Origin: Candidatus Aenigmatarchaeota archaeon
GTDB taxonomy: Archaea; Aenigmatarchaeota; Aenigmatarchaeia; QMZS01
Direction: 5' to 3'
Assembly: GCA_023134135.1 (NCBI GenBank)
Contig: JAGLVB010000003.1
Span: 16,630-80,629, forward strand
Length of the DNA stretch: 64,000 bases
Of this stretch, positions 27,680-37,739 are shown piece after piece (positions within the stretch are counted from its first letter, which is position 1; each line of letters starts with the position of its first letter). Position numbers and translations under genes: made by a program. The notes beneath the pieces are model-generated. The model saw nothing but the letters and a program-made list of their open reading frames with translations. It did no database searches and was not told the DNA's origin.

Positions 27680-28939
27680 CTATTTTATAATATCCTTCCC
27701 AACAAAAGCCCTCAAAATTTTCGGAACAATTATTGAACCATCTTCCTGCTGATAATTTTCAAGGATGCATGCAATTGTTCTCTCAGTTGCAATCGCTGTT
27801 GAATTTAATGTGTGGACCAATTCTTTGTTTCCACCGTGTTTTCCGAATTTTACATTCAACTTTGCTGCCTGAAAACCAGTGCAGTTTGAACATGAACCAA
27901 GTTCCCTGTATTTTTTCTGAGCCGGGAACCATGCTTCCAAATCATATTTTTTTGCTGCATTGTCATTTAATTCTCCGCTCGCAATATTCACAACCCTGTA
28001 AGGTAATTCCAAAGCCTGATAAATTTCCTCAGTGTTTTTTATTAATTCCTCAAAAAGTTCCCAACTGTTTTTTGGGTTAGAGAAAATGAACTGTTCAATT
28101 TTTTCAAACTGGTGAACCCTAAAAATTCCTTTTGTGTCTTTCCCGTGACTGCCGGCTTCTTTCCTGAAACAAGTTGAATATCCCGCGTACTTTAATGGAA
28201 GACTTTCTTCCTCAAGAACTTCTCCTGAATGGAGTGAAGCAATTGACTGCTCGCTTGTCGCAATTAAATATGAATCCTCGCCTTCAAGTTTATATAAAGT
28301 TTCCTCAAAATCAGCAAGTTCAGCGGCAGCTTTCATGTGTTTTTTGTTTATGAAAAAAGGCGTCTGCATAGGAACAAATCCTTTTTTGATAAGACTTTTA
28401 ATCCCAAAATCAATTAAGGCGAGATTTAACAAAACCAAATCCCCTTTAAGAAAATAAGTTCTTGCACCTGAGATTCTTGCCGCTCTCTCAAGTTCCGCAA
28501 ATCTTTCAACAAGTTCAGCATGCCCTTTTGGAGTAAACTCAAATTCATTCTGTTCCCCAAAAGTTCTTACTGTTATATTGTCTTCTTCTGTTGGGGCAAC
28601 AGGAACGCTTTTGTCAAGAATATTCCCGATTTTATACCTGCTATCCTCCCGTTCTTCTTTTAGGAACTGAACCTCCCGTTCCAGTTTGGAAATTTCATCA
28701 TCTGTTTTGCTCGCCTTAATTATTAGCTCTTCAGCGTCTTTTCTCTCTCTCTTTAGGACGCCTATTTCCTCCGAAATCTTGTTTTTTTCGTGTTTCAGTT
28801 TCTGGATTTCATCTAATTTCTCCCTCCACCTTTTATCAAAGTCAATTACTTTAGCCACAAATGAAACGTCCTTAAACCTGGCTTTTTCACTATTCTTTAT
28901 TATTTCCGGATTTTCCCTGAATAATTTAATGTCTAACAT
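27680..28939 (-). CDS. serS: Seryl-tRNA synthetase
   Basis: An N-terminal coiled-coil arm leads into a class II catalytic core: motif 2-like FRKEAGSHGKDTKGIFRVHQFEKIEQF and motif 3-like GSCSNCTGFQAAKLNVKF. Confidence 0.9.
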   Translation of the reverse strand: MLDIKLFRENPEIIKNSEKARFKDVSFVAKVIDFDKRWREKLDEIQKLKHEKNKISEEIGVLKRERKDAEELIIKASKTDDEISKLEREVQFLKEEREDSRYKIGNILDKSVPVAPTEEDNITVRTFGEQNEFEFTPKGHAELVERFAELERAARISGARTYFLKGDLVLLNLALIDFGIKSLIKKGFVPMQTPFFINKKHMKAAAELADFEETLYKLEGEDSYLIATSEQSIASLHSGEVLEEESLPLKYAGYSTCFRKEAGSHGKDTKGIFRVHQFEKIEQFIFSNPKNSWELFEELIKNTEEIYQALELPYRVVNIASGELNDNAAKKYDLEAWFPAQKKYRELGSCSNCTGFQAAKLNVKFGKHGGNKELVHTLNSTAIATERTIACILENYQQEDGSIIVPKILRAFVGKDIIK

Positions 28940-29001
28940 AATTAAACAATTTTAAAAATAATTTAAACAAAGGACTGCTCAAAAACCTTTAAATAATATA
29001 A

Positions 29002-29691
29002 TTAAGAAGTTTGGGTGGTATTAATTTCAGACAGAACTTGTTCCAATAAAGTAATATTTTCAATTATATATTCTACGTTTAATTCTTCAGCTTCGTTTTT
29101 ATTTAAATGACCTGATAATACAACTATTGGAATCAGACCAGCCGCTTGAGCCATGAGAACATCGCCTTTAGCATCACCAACAAGCACTGCTTCGTGTGGT
29201 TTGATATTTTGAGTCTTCAAAATTTGTTCAACCATATAAGGGTGGGGTTTTTGTTTCTCAACATCATCAATATCATAAGATGATATTACTTGTTTGAAAA
29301 CATCAGGAAAATCAAATTTAAGTATTACTTTATTCTTAAGAACATCTGGATTAAGACCCGTTGCAACGCATAAGATATAATTTTTTGATAACCTTTTTAC
29401 CAATTCTATTGTTCCTGGAATTATGCTTAAGTTATCTATAAAAGTATTTCCAAATAGTTTTGATTCATAAATTTTACATGCTTTATCAAGTAGTTCAGGA
29501 TGTTCTTTAAGAAGTTCTCGCAGTTCCTCACGATGAGATTTACTCCATTTTGCCATAATCCTTTTTCTTTCTTCCTTTGGATCCAAATGCATGTTTAACT
29601 CAACTAAAGTTTCATGATAACACATAAAATATCCCTCTTTTGATCCCAAAGTAAATACATCATCCCAATCGAAGACTATCAGTTTAATCAT
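29002..29691 (-). CDS. HAD-superfamily hydrolase (phosphatase)
   Basis: Motif I is LIVFDWDDV. The end motif VLVGDAKGDVLMAQAAG carries the conserved K and D. Confidence 0.75.
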   Translation of the reverse strand: MIKLIVFDWDDVFTLGSKEGYFMCYHETLVELNMHLDPKEERKRIMAKWSKSHREELRELLKEHPELLDKACKIYESKLFGNTFIDNLSIIPGTIELVKRLSKNYILCVATGLNPDVLKNKVILKFDFPDVFKQVISSYDIDDVEKQKPHPYMVEQILKTQNIKPHEAVLVGDAKGDVLMAQAAGLIPIVVLSGHLNKNEAEELNVEYIIENITLLEQVLSEINTTQTS

Positions 29692-29756
29692 AAGAATATA
29701 TAAAAGTTAATTCTAAAAATATTGATATTATATCTTACAATATCTCAATTTAATAG

Positions 29757-30374
29757 TCAACTATATTTCCTCTTTAAATATCCATACAAAACATCTCTCT
29801 TAACAAGTGCATCAAACGATTTCTCTTCTGTTAACTCCTTGTATAAATTCATATCCCTTTTATCATATTTTTCTCTTACAAAATAAGGCGTATCTGAATC
29901 AGTATAAATTCTGTAAATATCATAATCTTCAAGATTTGCGGCATTTTCTTCAATGATTTTCCCAAAGTTTCTTTCAATGAATTCTCTCGCAGCGATTTCA
30001 TGCTTGCATTTCCCCGGAACCCTGCAAACATCTCTGCTATAAAGTGTATGTTTACAACCATGAGCTTCTTTTACTGGGTTCAGAATATTTCCGATTTGGT
30101 CCGGATTATAAACTCTTTCCAATTTAAACATTACATCATGACTCATAAACATTCCGCTTTCTGAAGGAACTTTCAGCACAATATCCAGAGTGCTCCCGTT
30201 TTCACAATCACCTCCAACCCAATTAATTTCTATTTCATTACTTTTGAAGAATTGTTCTGCTCTTGCAATGTGCCAGGGATCTCCAAATAGATCCACATCT
30301 TTTCTGCTAATTCCAAAATGGTTCCAGGAATTATATAAATCTCCTCTCCACCTCACAGCTTTATCGTGTTTCAT
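29757..30374 (-). CDS. Hypothetical protein
   Basis: 205-aa ORF, His/Cys-rich. It overlaps the upstream ORF by 14 bp, so the two are probably co-transcribed. Confidence 0.4.
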   Translation of the reverse strand: MKHDKAVRWRGDLYNSWNHFGISRKDVDLFGDPWHIARAEQFFKSNEIEINWVGGDCENGSTLDIVLKVPSESGMFMSHDVMFKLERVYNPDQIGNILNPVKEAHGCKHTLYSRDVCRVPGKCKHEIAAREFIERNFGKIIEENAANLEDYDIYRIYTDSDTPYFVREKYDKRDMNLYKELTEEKSFDALVKRDVLYGYLKRKYS

Positions 30375-30681
30375 ATTTCCACAAAGGATAATTAAAACTT
30401 AAAGAATCTAACTCGATGCCAAATTCACTAAACCCTGTTTCAGGATTGGTTAAAACTATTTCTTTTCCGTTAATAATTACGTTGGTTCTCTTTTTGTAAA
30501 TCTTAGTTAGCAATTTTTTATAATCCTCATCAAAATAAGGATAATTCAATATTTTTGCATTTGTTGGTCCTGCAACCATATAATATTTACGTTTAATTTC
30601 AGATATTCTGCCAATTACTGAAATATCCTGACCTCCATAATCAGCGCTGAATCTATCCAGTATTTTTCTTTTATTTACCAT
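30361..30681 (-). CDS. Hypothetical protein
   Basis: 106-aa ORF overlapping the next gene. Confidence 0.35.
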   Translation of the reverse strand: MVNKRKILDRFSADYGGQDISVIGRISEIKRKYYMVAGPTNAKILNYPYFDEDYKKLLTKIYKKRTNVIINGKEIVLTNPETGFSEFGIELDSLSFNYPLWKYETR

Positions 30682-30754
30682 AATTTAGTAAATAATTTTT
30701 TTAAATATTGTTGAATTATAGAGGATTTTTATGGAGCTATTGTTGAATTAAAAT

Positions 30755-30967
30755 TTACAGGTAATTTTTAAATTTAGACAATCCTAAATTCAGATAATCA
30801 GATATTTCGGATTTGTAGTCAAAAGCATCAACAAATGCTGAATATGCTAATAATCCGCCAGCCAAAGCAGTGCCAATACCCGGAACTTGTCCTGTAATAA
30901 AATCTGCGCCTAATCCAGAACTACCTATAGCAATAATTTCCACCCCTCTGTTAAAAATATAGCCCAT
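30755..30967 (-). CDS. Small glycine-zipper peptide (70 aa)
   Basis: Carries GxxxG repeats (GSSGLGADFITGQVPGIGTALAGGLLAYSAF), a design seen in membrane-inserting peptides and class II bacteriocin-like peptides. Confidence 0.3.
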   Translation of the reverse strand: MGYIFNRGVEIIAIGSSGLGADFITGQVPGIGTALAGGLLAYSAFVDAFDYKSEISDYLNLGLSKFKNYL

Positions 30968-31006
30968 AACAAAAATATTAATTAAATTTAAGTTATTTAT
31001 AATTTT

Positions 31007-31960
31007 CTAAGAATCCTCGGATTTTTTCGGGTAACTCTGTTTATAATCTTCTTTTGGGTCTTTTTTATACTCCGTAATCTGTTCTTTTGTGTATCCTTCT
31101 ATATGACCTTTTAAAAGATCTTTATGATTAAAATCCTCCAATCGCAAATCTTTCACAGGTTTTTCCAGATTTTCTGAATAATCTTTATTCTCTTCCTCCA
31201 AAGATTCGTCAGAATAATTATCACGAATTCCATTTGAATAATTCCCTTCAGGTCTATCAGTTTCAGATAAAACCTCAGAATTAGTTGAGGATTCAACAGG
31301 TTCAACTTCTCCGGAATAAACAGAATTTTCTTTGATTGAATTAGTTTCTTGGATTGGATTATTTGAATAATCAGCAATTGGTTTTACTTCCGCGCTTTTT
31401 TCCTGAAAAATATTCTTCTGTTTGTATTTTAGAGCAACATTCCTGAACTGCAATTCCTGATTTTTAACTTTTTCCAAATCCACATTATCAATTGTAAATT
31501 CTTTGGGTTCAACTTCATCTTTCCCAAGAGAAGTATTGGTAAACATAATATCGATTTCTTCCTGAATTGCAGTTCGGTTGCCCCTGAAAGTTCTTACAAA
31601 AGTATTTTCCACAGAACCAAAATAAACAGGTTTATTTTCCGAAGGCGGGATGTAAAATGCCAAAAGAATTTTTCGGTTTAGCTTATATTTTATGCATTTT
31701 ATATTTATTTTTTGATTGAAATTTACCTCTTTCAATAAAGATGAAAATTCCTGTTTAAATTCCTGCGGTTCCAGTATTCCAATAATTTCATAATTCCCCG
31801 GGGTTTTTTTAACTCCAAAAACAATCCACCCTCCCGCAGTATTTGAAAAAGCGGTTACGGATTCCATGCTGTTTTTTAAACTATCTTGTTTTGCTTCCTT
31901 GACTTCAAAATCTTCCCATTCGAGGTCGTTCAGCAGCCCAACAAATTCAGATTTATTCAT
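31007..31960 (-). CDS. AlbA_2 / Schlafen-like (divergent AAA, 'AAA_4') DNA-binding domain protein with an acidic low-complexity tail
   Basis: The N-terminus LEWEDFEVKEAKQDSLKNSMESVTAFSNTAGGWIVFGVKK matches the E..EfK...AfaN..GG.i.fGv signature. Confidence 0.55.
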   Translation of the reverse strand: MNKSEFVGLLNDLEWEDFEVKEAKQDSLKNSMESVTAFSNTAGGWIVFGVKKTPGNYEIIGILEPQEFKQEFSSLLKEVNFNQKINIKCIKYKLNRKILLAFYIPPSENKPVYFGSVENTFVRTFRGNRTAIQEEIDIMFTNTSLGKDEVEPKEFTIDNVDLEKVKNQELQFRNVALKYKQKNIFQEKSAEVKPIADYSNNPIQETNSIKENSVYSGEVEPVESSTNSEVLSETDRPEGNYSNGIRDNYSDESLEEENKDYSENLEKPVKDLRLEDFNHKDLLKGHIEGYTKEQITEYKKDPKEDYKQSYPKKSEDS

Positions 31961-31974
31961 ATTATTGCAAATAT

Positions 31975-33537
31975 TTATCGTTCAAGAATGTCAAGATGGG
32001 CCTTAAGTTTAGTTTCCAGTCTGTCAATTCCTTTTCCCCCGCGACCTATCAATTTAGCAATTATTTTTTTATTAACATAAACTCTGAAATCAGTTCCTGA
32101 AGTGTGTTCTATTACAGCATTTTTATCATACTTGCTGATTTCCTTTTTTATCTGCTTGATTTTTTTTTCTACTTCTTTTTCATCAAACTCTTCAATTGGA
32201 ATAACAATAGTTTCTTCTCCGAAAGAATAAATCTCATACTCAAGTTTTCCGGTTTCAAATGACCTGATTTCCATTAAAGGTCTTGCCAAATCAGAGTCTC
32301 TCATTCCTGTGGGAATTCTCACTATTAAATCTGTGGAATAAACTTCTTCAATTTTACCGTCTTTTACAAAAATTATTGTATCCACAATATTATGAAGCAT
32401 TCCAAGTTCAACTTTATTAACAAATCTCTGGATTGAATCAATTGGCTTTGAAGCGTGAATCACCCCAACCATCCCAACGCCTGCGAGCCTTAAATCACTG
32501 AAAATCTTAAAATCAAAAGAGGTTCTTATTTCATCAAAAATCGTGTAATCAGGCCTGACCAATAACAATATTTCCGCTGTCTTTGCGAAGGATTTTGCCA
32601 ACGGGGCGTACTGAGTGATTTTTTCATCCACCTGCAAATCCCTTGGTTGTTCCATAGTCTTTACAATCTTATCCTGTTTCTGATAGAATTCAGCCAGACT
32701 TGCCGCCAGTGTTGATTTTCCGCTTCCGGGCGGACCTGAAATAAGAATGCCTCCCGCTTCGTCAGTTATTCTCTTTTTAAGTTTCTCTGAAAGTTCATAA
32801 TCATTAATATTTAATTTTGCTATTGGGCGCACAATTGTTATCTCCTCCGCGTCTGAAAAAGGAGGTCTTGTAATTGATATCCTCATATCCCTCACCTGCA
32901 AAACCATAGCTCCATATTCCTCAAATTCAACAAAAGCAAAATTCTTTCCCCTGATTTCCTTGAGGATGCTGGATGCAAGTTGTTCAAATTTTGATTTTGA
33001 AAGTTTTTCTTTCCCGACTTTTTTCAAATCCCATTTTCCCGGGTGTCCTCTTTTTGCGAGAGGGACGCAGTTCACCTTAAAATGCAATGACATTGTGTCT
33101 TTCGTGAGTAATTTTAAAAATTTAAGTTCTGCTTTTTTATGCGCGGTTTTAATGAATTTTACTTTCACTCCAAAAACTTCCGCAACAAGCGCCTGCACAA
33201 AATCCCTTGTATATAATGTTGCTTTGTGTTTCTGCGCAAGTTCTCTTATTAATGCATCAATTCTTCCTTTCTTTGCGAGTTTTATTTCTTCGATTGTTGG
33301 CTTCCTCCCCACAAATTCAAGCTTTACATTTCGTTTCCTTAATTCCTTAATTTCCTCCAAACCTAAAAAACCGATTTCTTTGCCTTTGTTTGCTTGAGCC
33401 TGAAGTTCATCAATAACAAATTCAGGAACAAGAACCTTTATTTTTTTTAGTTGTCCGCTGTCAATTAATTCAGTAAGTTTCTTCGAAATCAATACTGAAG
33501 TATCCGGCACAATTAATTCTTCTTTTCCGAAATTCAT
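31975..33537 (-). CDS. PIN-domain ATPase with C-terminal KH domain (COG1855, PilT-family ATPase)
   Basis: An N-terminal PIN region (IVPDTSVLIS), Walker A ILISGPPGSGKSTLA, and a C-terminal KH-like segment IGRGGKGIDRLE. Confidence 0.75.
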   Translation of the reverse strand: MNFGKEELIVPDTSVLISKKLTELIDSGQLKKIKVLVPEFVIDELQAQANKGKEIGFLGLEEIKELRKRNVKLEFVGRKPTIEEIKLAKKGRIDALIRELAQKHKATLYTRDFVQALVAEVFGVKVKFIKTAHKKAELKFLKLLTKDTMSLHFKVNCVPLAKRGHPGKWDLKKVGKEKLSKSKFEQLASSILKEIRGKNFAFVEFEEYGAMVLQVRDMRISITRPPFSDAEEITIVRPIAKLNINDYELSEKLKKRITDEAGGILISGPPGSGKSTLAASLAEFYQKQDKIVKTMEQPRDLQVDEKITQYAPLAKSFAKTAEILLLVRPDYTIFDEIRTSFDFKIFSDLRLAGVGMVGVIHASKPIDSIQRFVNKVELGMLHNIVDTIIFVKDGKIEEVYSTDLIVRIPTGMRDSDLARPLMEIRSFETGKLEYEIYSFGEETIVIPIEEFDEKEVEKKIKQIKKEISKYDKNAVIEHTSGTDFRVYVNKKIIAKLIGRGGKGIDRLETKLKAHLDILER

Positions 33538-33600
33538 AATAAATCTGAATAAATTAAAAGATAAGGATAAACTTGAATAAATTAAAATATAAGAAGAAAT

Positions 33601-34200
33601 TTAGATTCTATAGGATTCTACTACAGTGTCCTCTACCAAAAAATGCTTGAAAAGGTCATTATCTTTTATAATCAAAACCTTGTTTGTTTTTTTGTTACTG
33701 CACCAAGCACTGCCACTATTATTTTTATTATGACCTAAATAATCAAAAAGAGCAAAGTCTGTGCCAACACTGTAGAATTCAGATCCATCTAAGATGTCTG
33801 GACCTCCTTTTTTTATCAGGAAATAAGAATTAGAAATATCTTTCTTTAGTTCTGTTAATTCTTTCTTGTAATTTTCAGGGAGCTCTGCATTATCAAATAA
33901 AAAAATATTTGCGGGAACATATAATGCATTTAAGATTTTTGTTGGTGAAGGTAAATAAGAACTCTTTCCATCTTCTGAAATATAATCATCATAATTGTCT
34001 TTTAAGGCTCCTCGCGTTTCCCCATTTAAAAGTTCTTCCAAAAAATCCTCTGTTAAAATACCAAATACACACCTCCTACTCTTTGGTGCTAATTTAGGTA
34101 ATTCCTGAAGACCTTCCTTCCAGTCATACTCTTTCCAAGTTCTTTCAGGTTCACAAACATCCAGCAATTTTTCCTTAAGATCTTCATACCATTTACCCAT
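33601..34200 (-). CDS. Hypothetical protein
   Basis: 199-aa ORF with no recognised motif. Confidence 0.4.
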   Translation of the reverse strand: MGKWYEDLKEKLLDVCEPERTWKEYDWKEGLQELPKLAPKSRRCVFGILTEDFLEELLNGETRGALKDNYDDYISEDGKSSYLPSPTKILNALYVPANIFLFDNAELPENYKKELTELKKDISNSYFLIKKGGPDILDGSEFYSVGTDFALFDYLGHNKNNSGSAWCSNKKTNKVLIIKDNDLFKHFLVEDTVVESYRI

Positions 34201-34250
34201 AATAACAAAAACAATATATATTAGATTATTGCTTTCAAAAGAATTATATT

Positions 34251-34856
34251 ATGTATCTTAACGCAAAAGAAGGCGAGTATCTTGTGAGGCTTGCAAGAAA
34301 TTCAATTGCGCATTATCTTGAAAATCTTCTTCCAATGATTCCCCCAAAACCAGATTTTCCAGAACTGCTTGAAAAAAAAGGGGTTTTCTGCACACTGCTT
34401 AAACATTCAGGCGGGGATTTAAAAGGATGCATTGGTCTGATTGATTCTGACAAGAACCTGATTAACGGGGTTATAGAAACAAGTTGTTCCGCAACTCAGG
34501 ACCCAAGATTCCTGCCTTTAATCATAGAAGAACTTGATAAAATTGTAATTGAAATAACTGTGTTGAGCGATATGCAGAAAATTCTTGTTTATCAACCAAG
34601 GGATTACCTGAATGAAATCAAGATTGGAGAAGACGGGTTGTTTATTAAATACAAATATAATTCGGGTATTTTCCTTCCTCAGGTTCCTGTTGAACAGGAA
34701 TGGAACCTGAAAACTTATTTGTGCGAACTGTGCCTTAAAGCCGGTCTTGATGAAGATGCGTGGATTATGAAACCCGTGAATTTATATAAATTCCAGGCGC
34801 AGATATTTTCAGAGACCGAACCGAGAGGAGGGGTTTTTGAGAAGAAATTGAAATAA
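34251..34856 (+). CDS. AMMECR1-domain protein
   Basis: GVFCTLLKHSGGDLKGCIG matches the AMMECR1 signature (FVTL...LRGCIG). Confidence 0.75.
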   Translation: MYLNAKEGEYLVRLARNSIAHYLENLLPMIPPKPDFPELLEKKGVFCTLLKHSGGDLKGCIGLIDSDKNLINGVIETSCSATQDPRFLPLIIEELDKIVIEITVLSDMQKILVYQPRDYLNEIKIGEDGLFIKYKYNSGIFLPQVPVEQEWNLKTYLCELCLKAGLDEDAWIMKPVNLYKFQAQIFSETEPRGGVFEKKLK

Positions 34857-34883
34857 GTGTTTAGTTTTTTGAAAGACAAATAT

Positions 34884-35825
34884 ATGGAAAAAAGAAAAAT
34901 TCTGGTGACTTCATATAAAAATCCTGATTTGGACGGCACAGCCTGCGTTTTTTCATATGCGGAATATTTGCAAAAAAATGGCAAAGAAATAGTTTCAGGA
35001 ATTTTTGGAACACCTTACAGGGAAGCTCAATTTGTGATTAATAAATTCAATATTCCTCCAATAAAAAATGCAGAAGAACTTATTAATAACTACGATATTG
35101 TCCTTGTTGATTGCAGTGAATTGGCCGGAATTTCAGATAAAATAAATCCTGATAAAGTGATTGAAATTATTGACCATAGAAAACTTACTGAAGCTCGCAA
35201 TTTTCCTAATGCAAAAATACAGATTGAACTTGTTGGCTCAGCAGCTACTTTAATTGCTGAAAAATTTTATGAAACCCAAACAGAAATCTCTGAAGAATCT
35301 GCTGTATTTCTCTTTTCTGCCATTATCTCCAACACAATTAATTTTCAGGCTAAAGTAACTACAGATAGAGACTCTAAGATGGCAAATTGGCTGAAATCAA
35401 AGTGCAGGATTCCGGAAAATTATATTCATGAAATGTTTTCTGATAAATCAAAATTTGATAAACCTCTGAAAGAAATATTTATTGATGATTTTTCAATATT
35501 TCAGATTGAAGGATTTAAAATTGGGATTGCCCAGCTTGAAATTATTGAAGTTGATAAGTTTATCAGCGATAGATTAGAAGAAATTAAGAAAGTTTTGTTG
35601 GATTTGAAACAATCAAACTCATTGGATTTTATTTTCTTGACTTGCATTGATATTGAAAAATTATTTAACAAACTGGTTATTGTTGATAATAAAACTAAAA
35701 ACCTGATTGAAAAAACACTTCAGATTAACTTTAAGGAAAAAATTGCCAGAAGAGAGGGAATAATTATGAGAAAAGAAATTGTTCCTAAAATCAAAGAATT
35801 TCTTGAAAAAAGCAATATAAATTAA
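34884..35825 (+). CDS. DHH/DHHA2 phosphoesterase, a paralog of the family II pyrophosphatase
   Basis: The N-terminal YKNPDLDGTACVFSYAEY, the block DIVLVD...IEIIDHRK and the C-terminal DHHA2-like region all match. The likely start is the Met of MEKRKIL at 34884; the ORF frame opens at 34857. Confidence 0.6.
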   Translation: MEKRKILVTSYKNPDLDGTACVFSYAEYLQKNGKEIVSGIFGTPYREAQFVINKFNIPPIKNAEELINNYDIVLVDCSELAGISDKINPDKVIEIIDHRKLTEARNFPNAKIQIELVGSAATLIAEKFYETQTEISEESAVFLFSAIISNTINFQAKVTTDRDSKMANWLKSKCRIPENYIHEMFSDKSKFDKPLKEIFIDDFSIFQIEGFKIGIAQLEIIEVDKFISDRLEEIKKVLLDLKQSNSLDFIFLTCIDIEKLFNKLVIVDNKTKNLIEKTLQINFKEKIARREGIIMRKEIVPKIKEFLEKSNIN

Positions 35826-35844
35826 TTAAATTTTTATTAGATGT

Positions 35845-36465
35845 ATGGAAATATTAAAAAAATATGAAGAAGGTTGCGCGCATTGTCCAGGGGGTATTGG
35901 ATTACAATATCCTCTGTCTAAAGATAAAATTTTACAGGTTGTTTGCGATGTTCATCCTCTGGTGCAGGGTCATATTCTAATAATACCTAAAGAACATATT
36001 TCCTGTATGGGTAATCTGCCGGATGAAAAATTTGCCAGATATGAAGAATTATATAACAAAGTAAAACATTTTGTAAGTGAATATTACGGTCCCACCGCAG
36101 TCTTTGAACATGGTGTTACCGGACAAACTGTGTTTCATGCGCATACTCACTTTTTTCCTTATAAAGGAACTACAAATTCAATTATACCTCAGGATTATGC
36201 TTTGAAAAAAATTGATTCCTTCCATGATATTAAGAAAGAATTTGATGAAAAAAACAAATATTTATTTTTGGAAAACAATAACGAAATGTATATGGTGGAT
36301 ACTGATTTAGGATATCCCAGATTCTTCAGGGAAATTTTTGCAAAGTTGCTAAATGTTGAAGAAAGGGCAAATTGGAAGAAAACAATGGAGAATGAAGAGT
36401 TAATGAGGCAATTTAAAACAGATATAAAAGAATTAACCGCTAAATGGCGAAAATACAATAAATAA
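35845..36465 (+). CDS. HIT-family hydrolase with N-terminal CxxC
   Basis: The histidine triad is HAHTHFFP (HxHxHxx), with upstream CAHCPGG. Confidence 0.75.
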   Translation: MEILKKYEEGCAHCPGGIGLQYPLSKDKILQVVCDVHPLVQGHILIIPKEHISCMGNLPDEKFARYEELYNKVKHFVSEYYGPTAVFEHGVTGQTVFHAHTHFFPYKGTTNSIIPQDYALKKIDSFHDIKKEFDEKNKYLFLENNNEMYMVDTDLGYPRFFREIFAKLLNVEERANWKKTMENEELMRQFKTDIKELTAKWRKYNK

Positions 36466-36494
36466 AGTGTTTATCAATTATTTCAAATAATTTT

Positions 36495-37367
36495 ATGTTC
36501 GCAGATATTTCAGAAGCGATTAGAGAGATTAAGAGTAAAGATTATAAGAGAATTCTGATTCAGGTGCCAGAAGGCCTAAAAACAGAGGTTTCCCGCATTG
36601 CGTCTAAAATAGAAAAAGAATGCTGTGTGGATGTTTTTATAGCCGCTGAACCTTGTTACGGAGCCTGCGATTTGCCTCTTAAAGAAGCAGAAGTTTCGGG
36701 GTGCGACATAATTATTCATTTTGGTCATTATGATTTTGGGGTTAAAACCCAGATTCCAGTGGTCTATGTTCCTGTTGAGATTAAAGCTGAGATTTCAGAG
36801 GAACTAAAAAAAGAAATTGAAAAAATTGAAGAGAAAAAAATAGGTATTTATTCTTCAGAACCATTCAGGAGACTTCTTGAGTCATTTAGGGATTATCTGG
36901 AAGATAATGGGAAAGAGGTTGTTGATAAAAGGATTATTTTGGGATGTTCAGATTTTGAACCTTTGGGTGAATTAAATATTTTCATTGGATCCGGGAAATT
37001 CCACCCACTTGCCCTGAAAGGAAAAACTTATTTTTTGAATCTTGAGAAGAACAGGTTTGAGGATTTAAGCGGGGAACTTATGAGAGAAGAAATGAGAAAA
37101 GCCGCAAGAGTTTCAAAATTTAAGGATGCGAAAAAAGTGGGAATTCTTGTATCCACCAAACCCGGGCAGTTTTACAAAGAATATGAACAACTTGAGGATA
37201 AACTAAGAGAACAGGGCAAAAAAACAAAGATTTTGATATTTGATATGATTACAAATGAGAAATTGATGGGGCTGGATTTTGAGGTTTATGTGAATACCGC
37301 CTGCCCAAGAATTCTTGACAATCCTTTTGACAAGCCCGTGGTTAATTTGAGGGATTTGTCAGTTTAG
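36495..37367 (+). CDS. dph2: Diphthamide synthesis enzyme Dph2 (2-(3-amino-3-carboxypropyl)histidine synthase)
   Basis: ILIQVPEGL, AAEPCYGACD, GHYDFG, GCSDF and NTACPRI give three Cys in three pseudo-repeat domains, as in archaeal Dph2. Confidence 0.75.
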   Translation: MFADISEAIREIKSKDYKRILIQVPEGLKTEVSRIASKIEKECCVDVFIAAEPCYGACDLPLKEAEVSGCDIIIHFGHYDFGVKTQIPVVYVPVEIKAEISEELKKEIEKIEEKKIGIYSSEPFRRLLESFRDYLEDNGKEVVDKRIILGCSDFEPLGELNIFIGSGKFHPLALKGKTYFLNLEKNRFEDLSGELMREEMRKAARVSKFKDAKKVGILVSTKPGQFYKEYEQLEDKLREQGKKTKILIFDMITNEKLMGLDFEVYVNTACPRILDNPFDKPVVNLRDLSV

Positions 37368-37691
37368 TTTATTTCTCTTCTTTTCCAGCAGGTCTTTTAA
37401 ATCGATTTTCCATTTCTCTGTTCTGGGTTTAAGGTGTTCAAGTTTTTTCTCGAATTCAGAATCCAAATCGAAATTATACACATTTGCAAGCTCTAAGATA
37501 CATATTAATACATCCGCAATTTCCCCCTTTAATTATTCTATATCCTCGGTTTCCTCGTAGATTTCTTTCTTCATAATTTCATTGGCAACTTCCCCAACTT
37601 CTTCTGTTAAAGCAACAAATGAAGCTAATCTCGGGTGTTCTATTTCTCCAAGCAACTCCTTAATCTTTTGCTGGGCTTGTTGAATTTCCAT
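37359..37691 (-). pseudogene. MazG-like nucleotide pyrophosphohydrolase interrupted by one in-frame TAA
   Basis: The minus-strand frame reads MEIQQAQQKIKELLGEIEHPRLASFVALTEEVGEVANEIMKKEIYEETEDIE*LKGEIADVLICILELANVYNFDLDSEFEKKLEHLKPRTEKWKIDLKDLLEKKRNKLN. The MazG signature EEvGE...EElgDvL is split by the TAA at 37533-37535. Both halves are in the same frame. Confidence 0.55.
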
Positions 37692-37739
37692 AATTTAATT
37701 GGATTTAAAAGGTATTTTGATTAAATATTATATTTCTGG

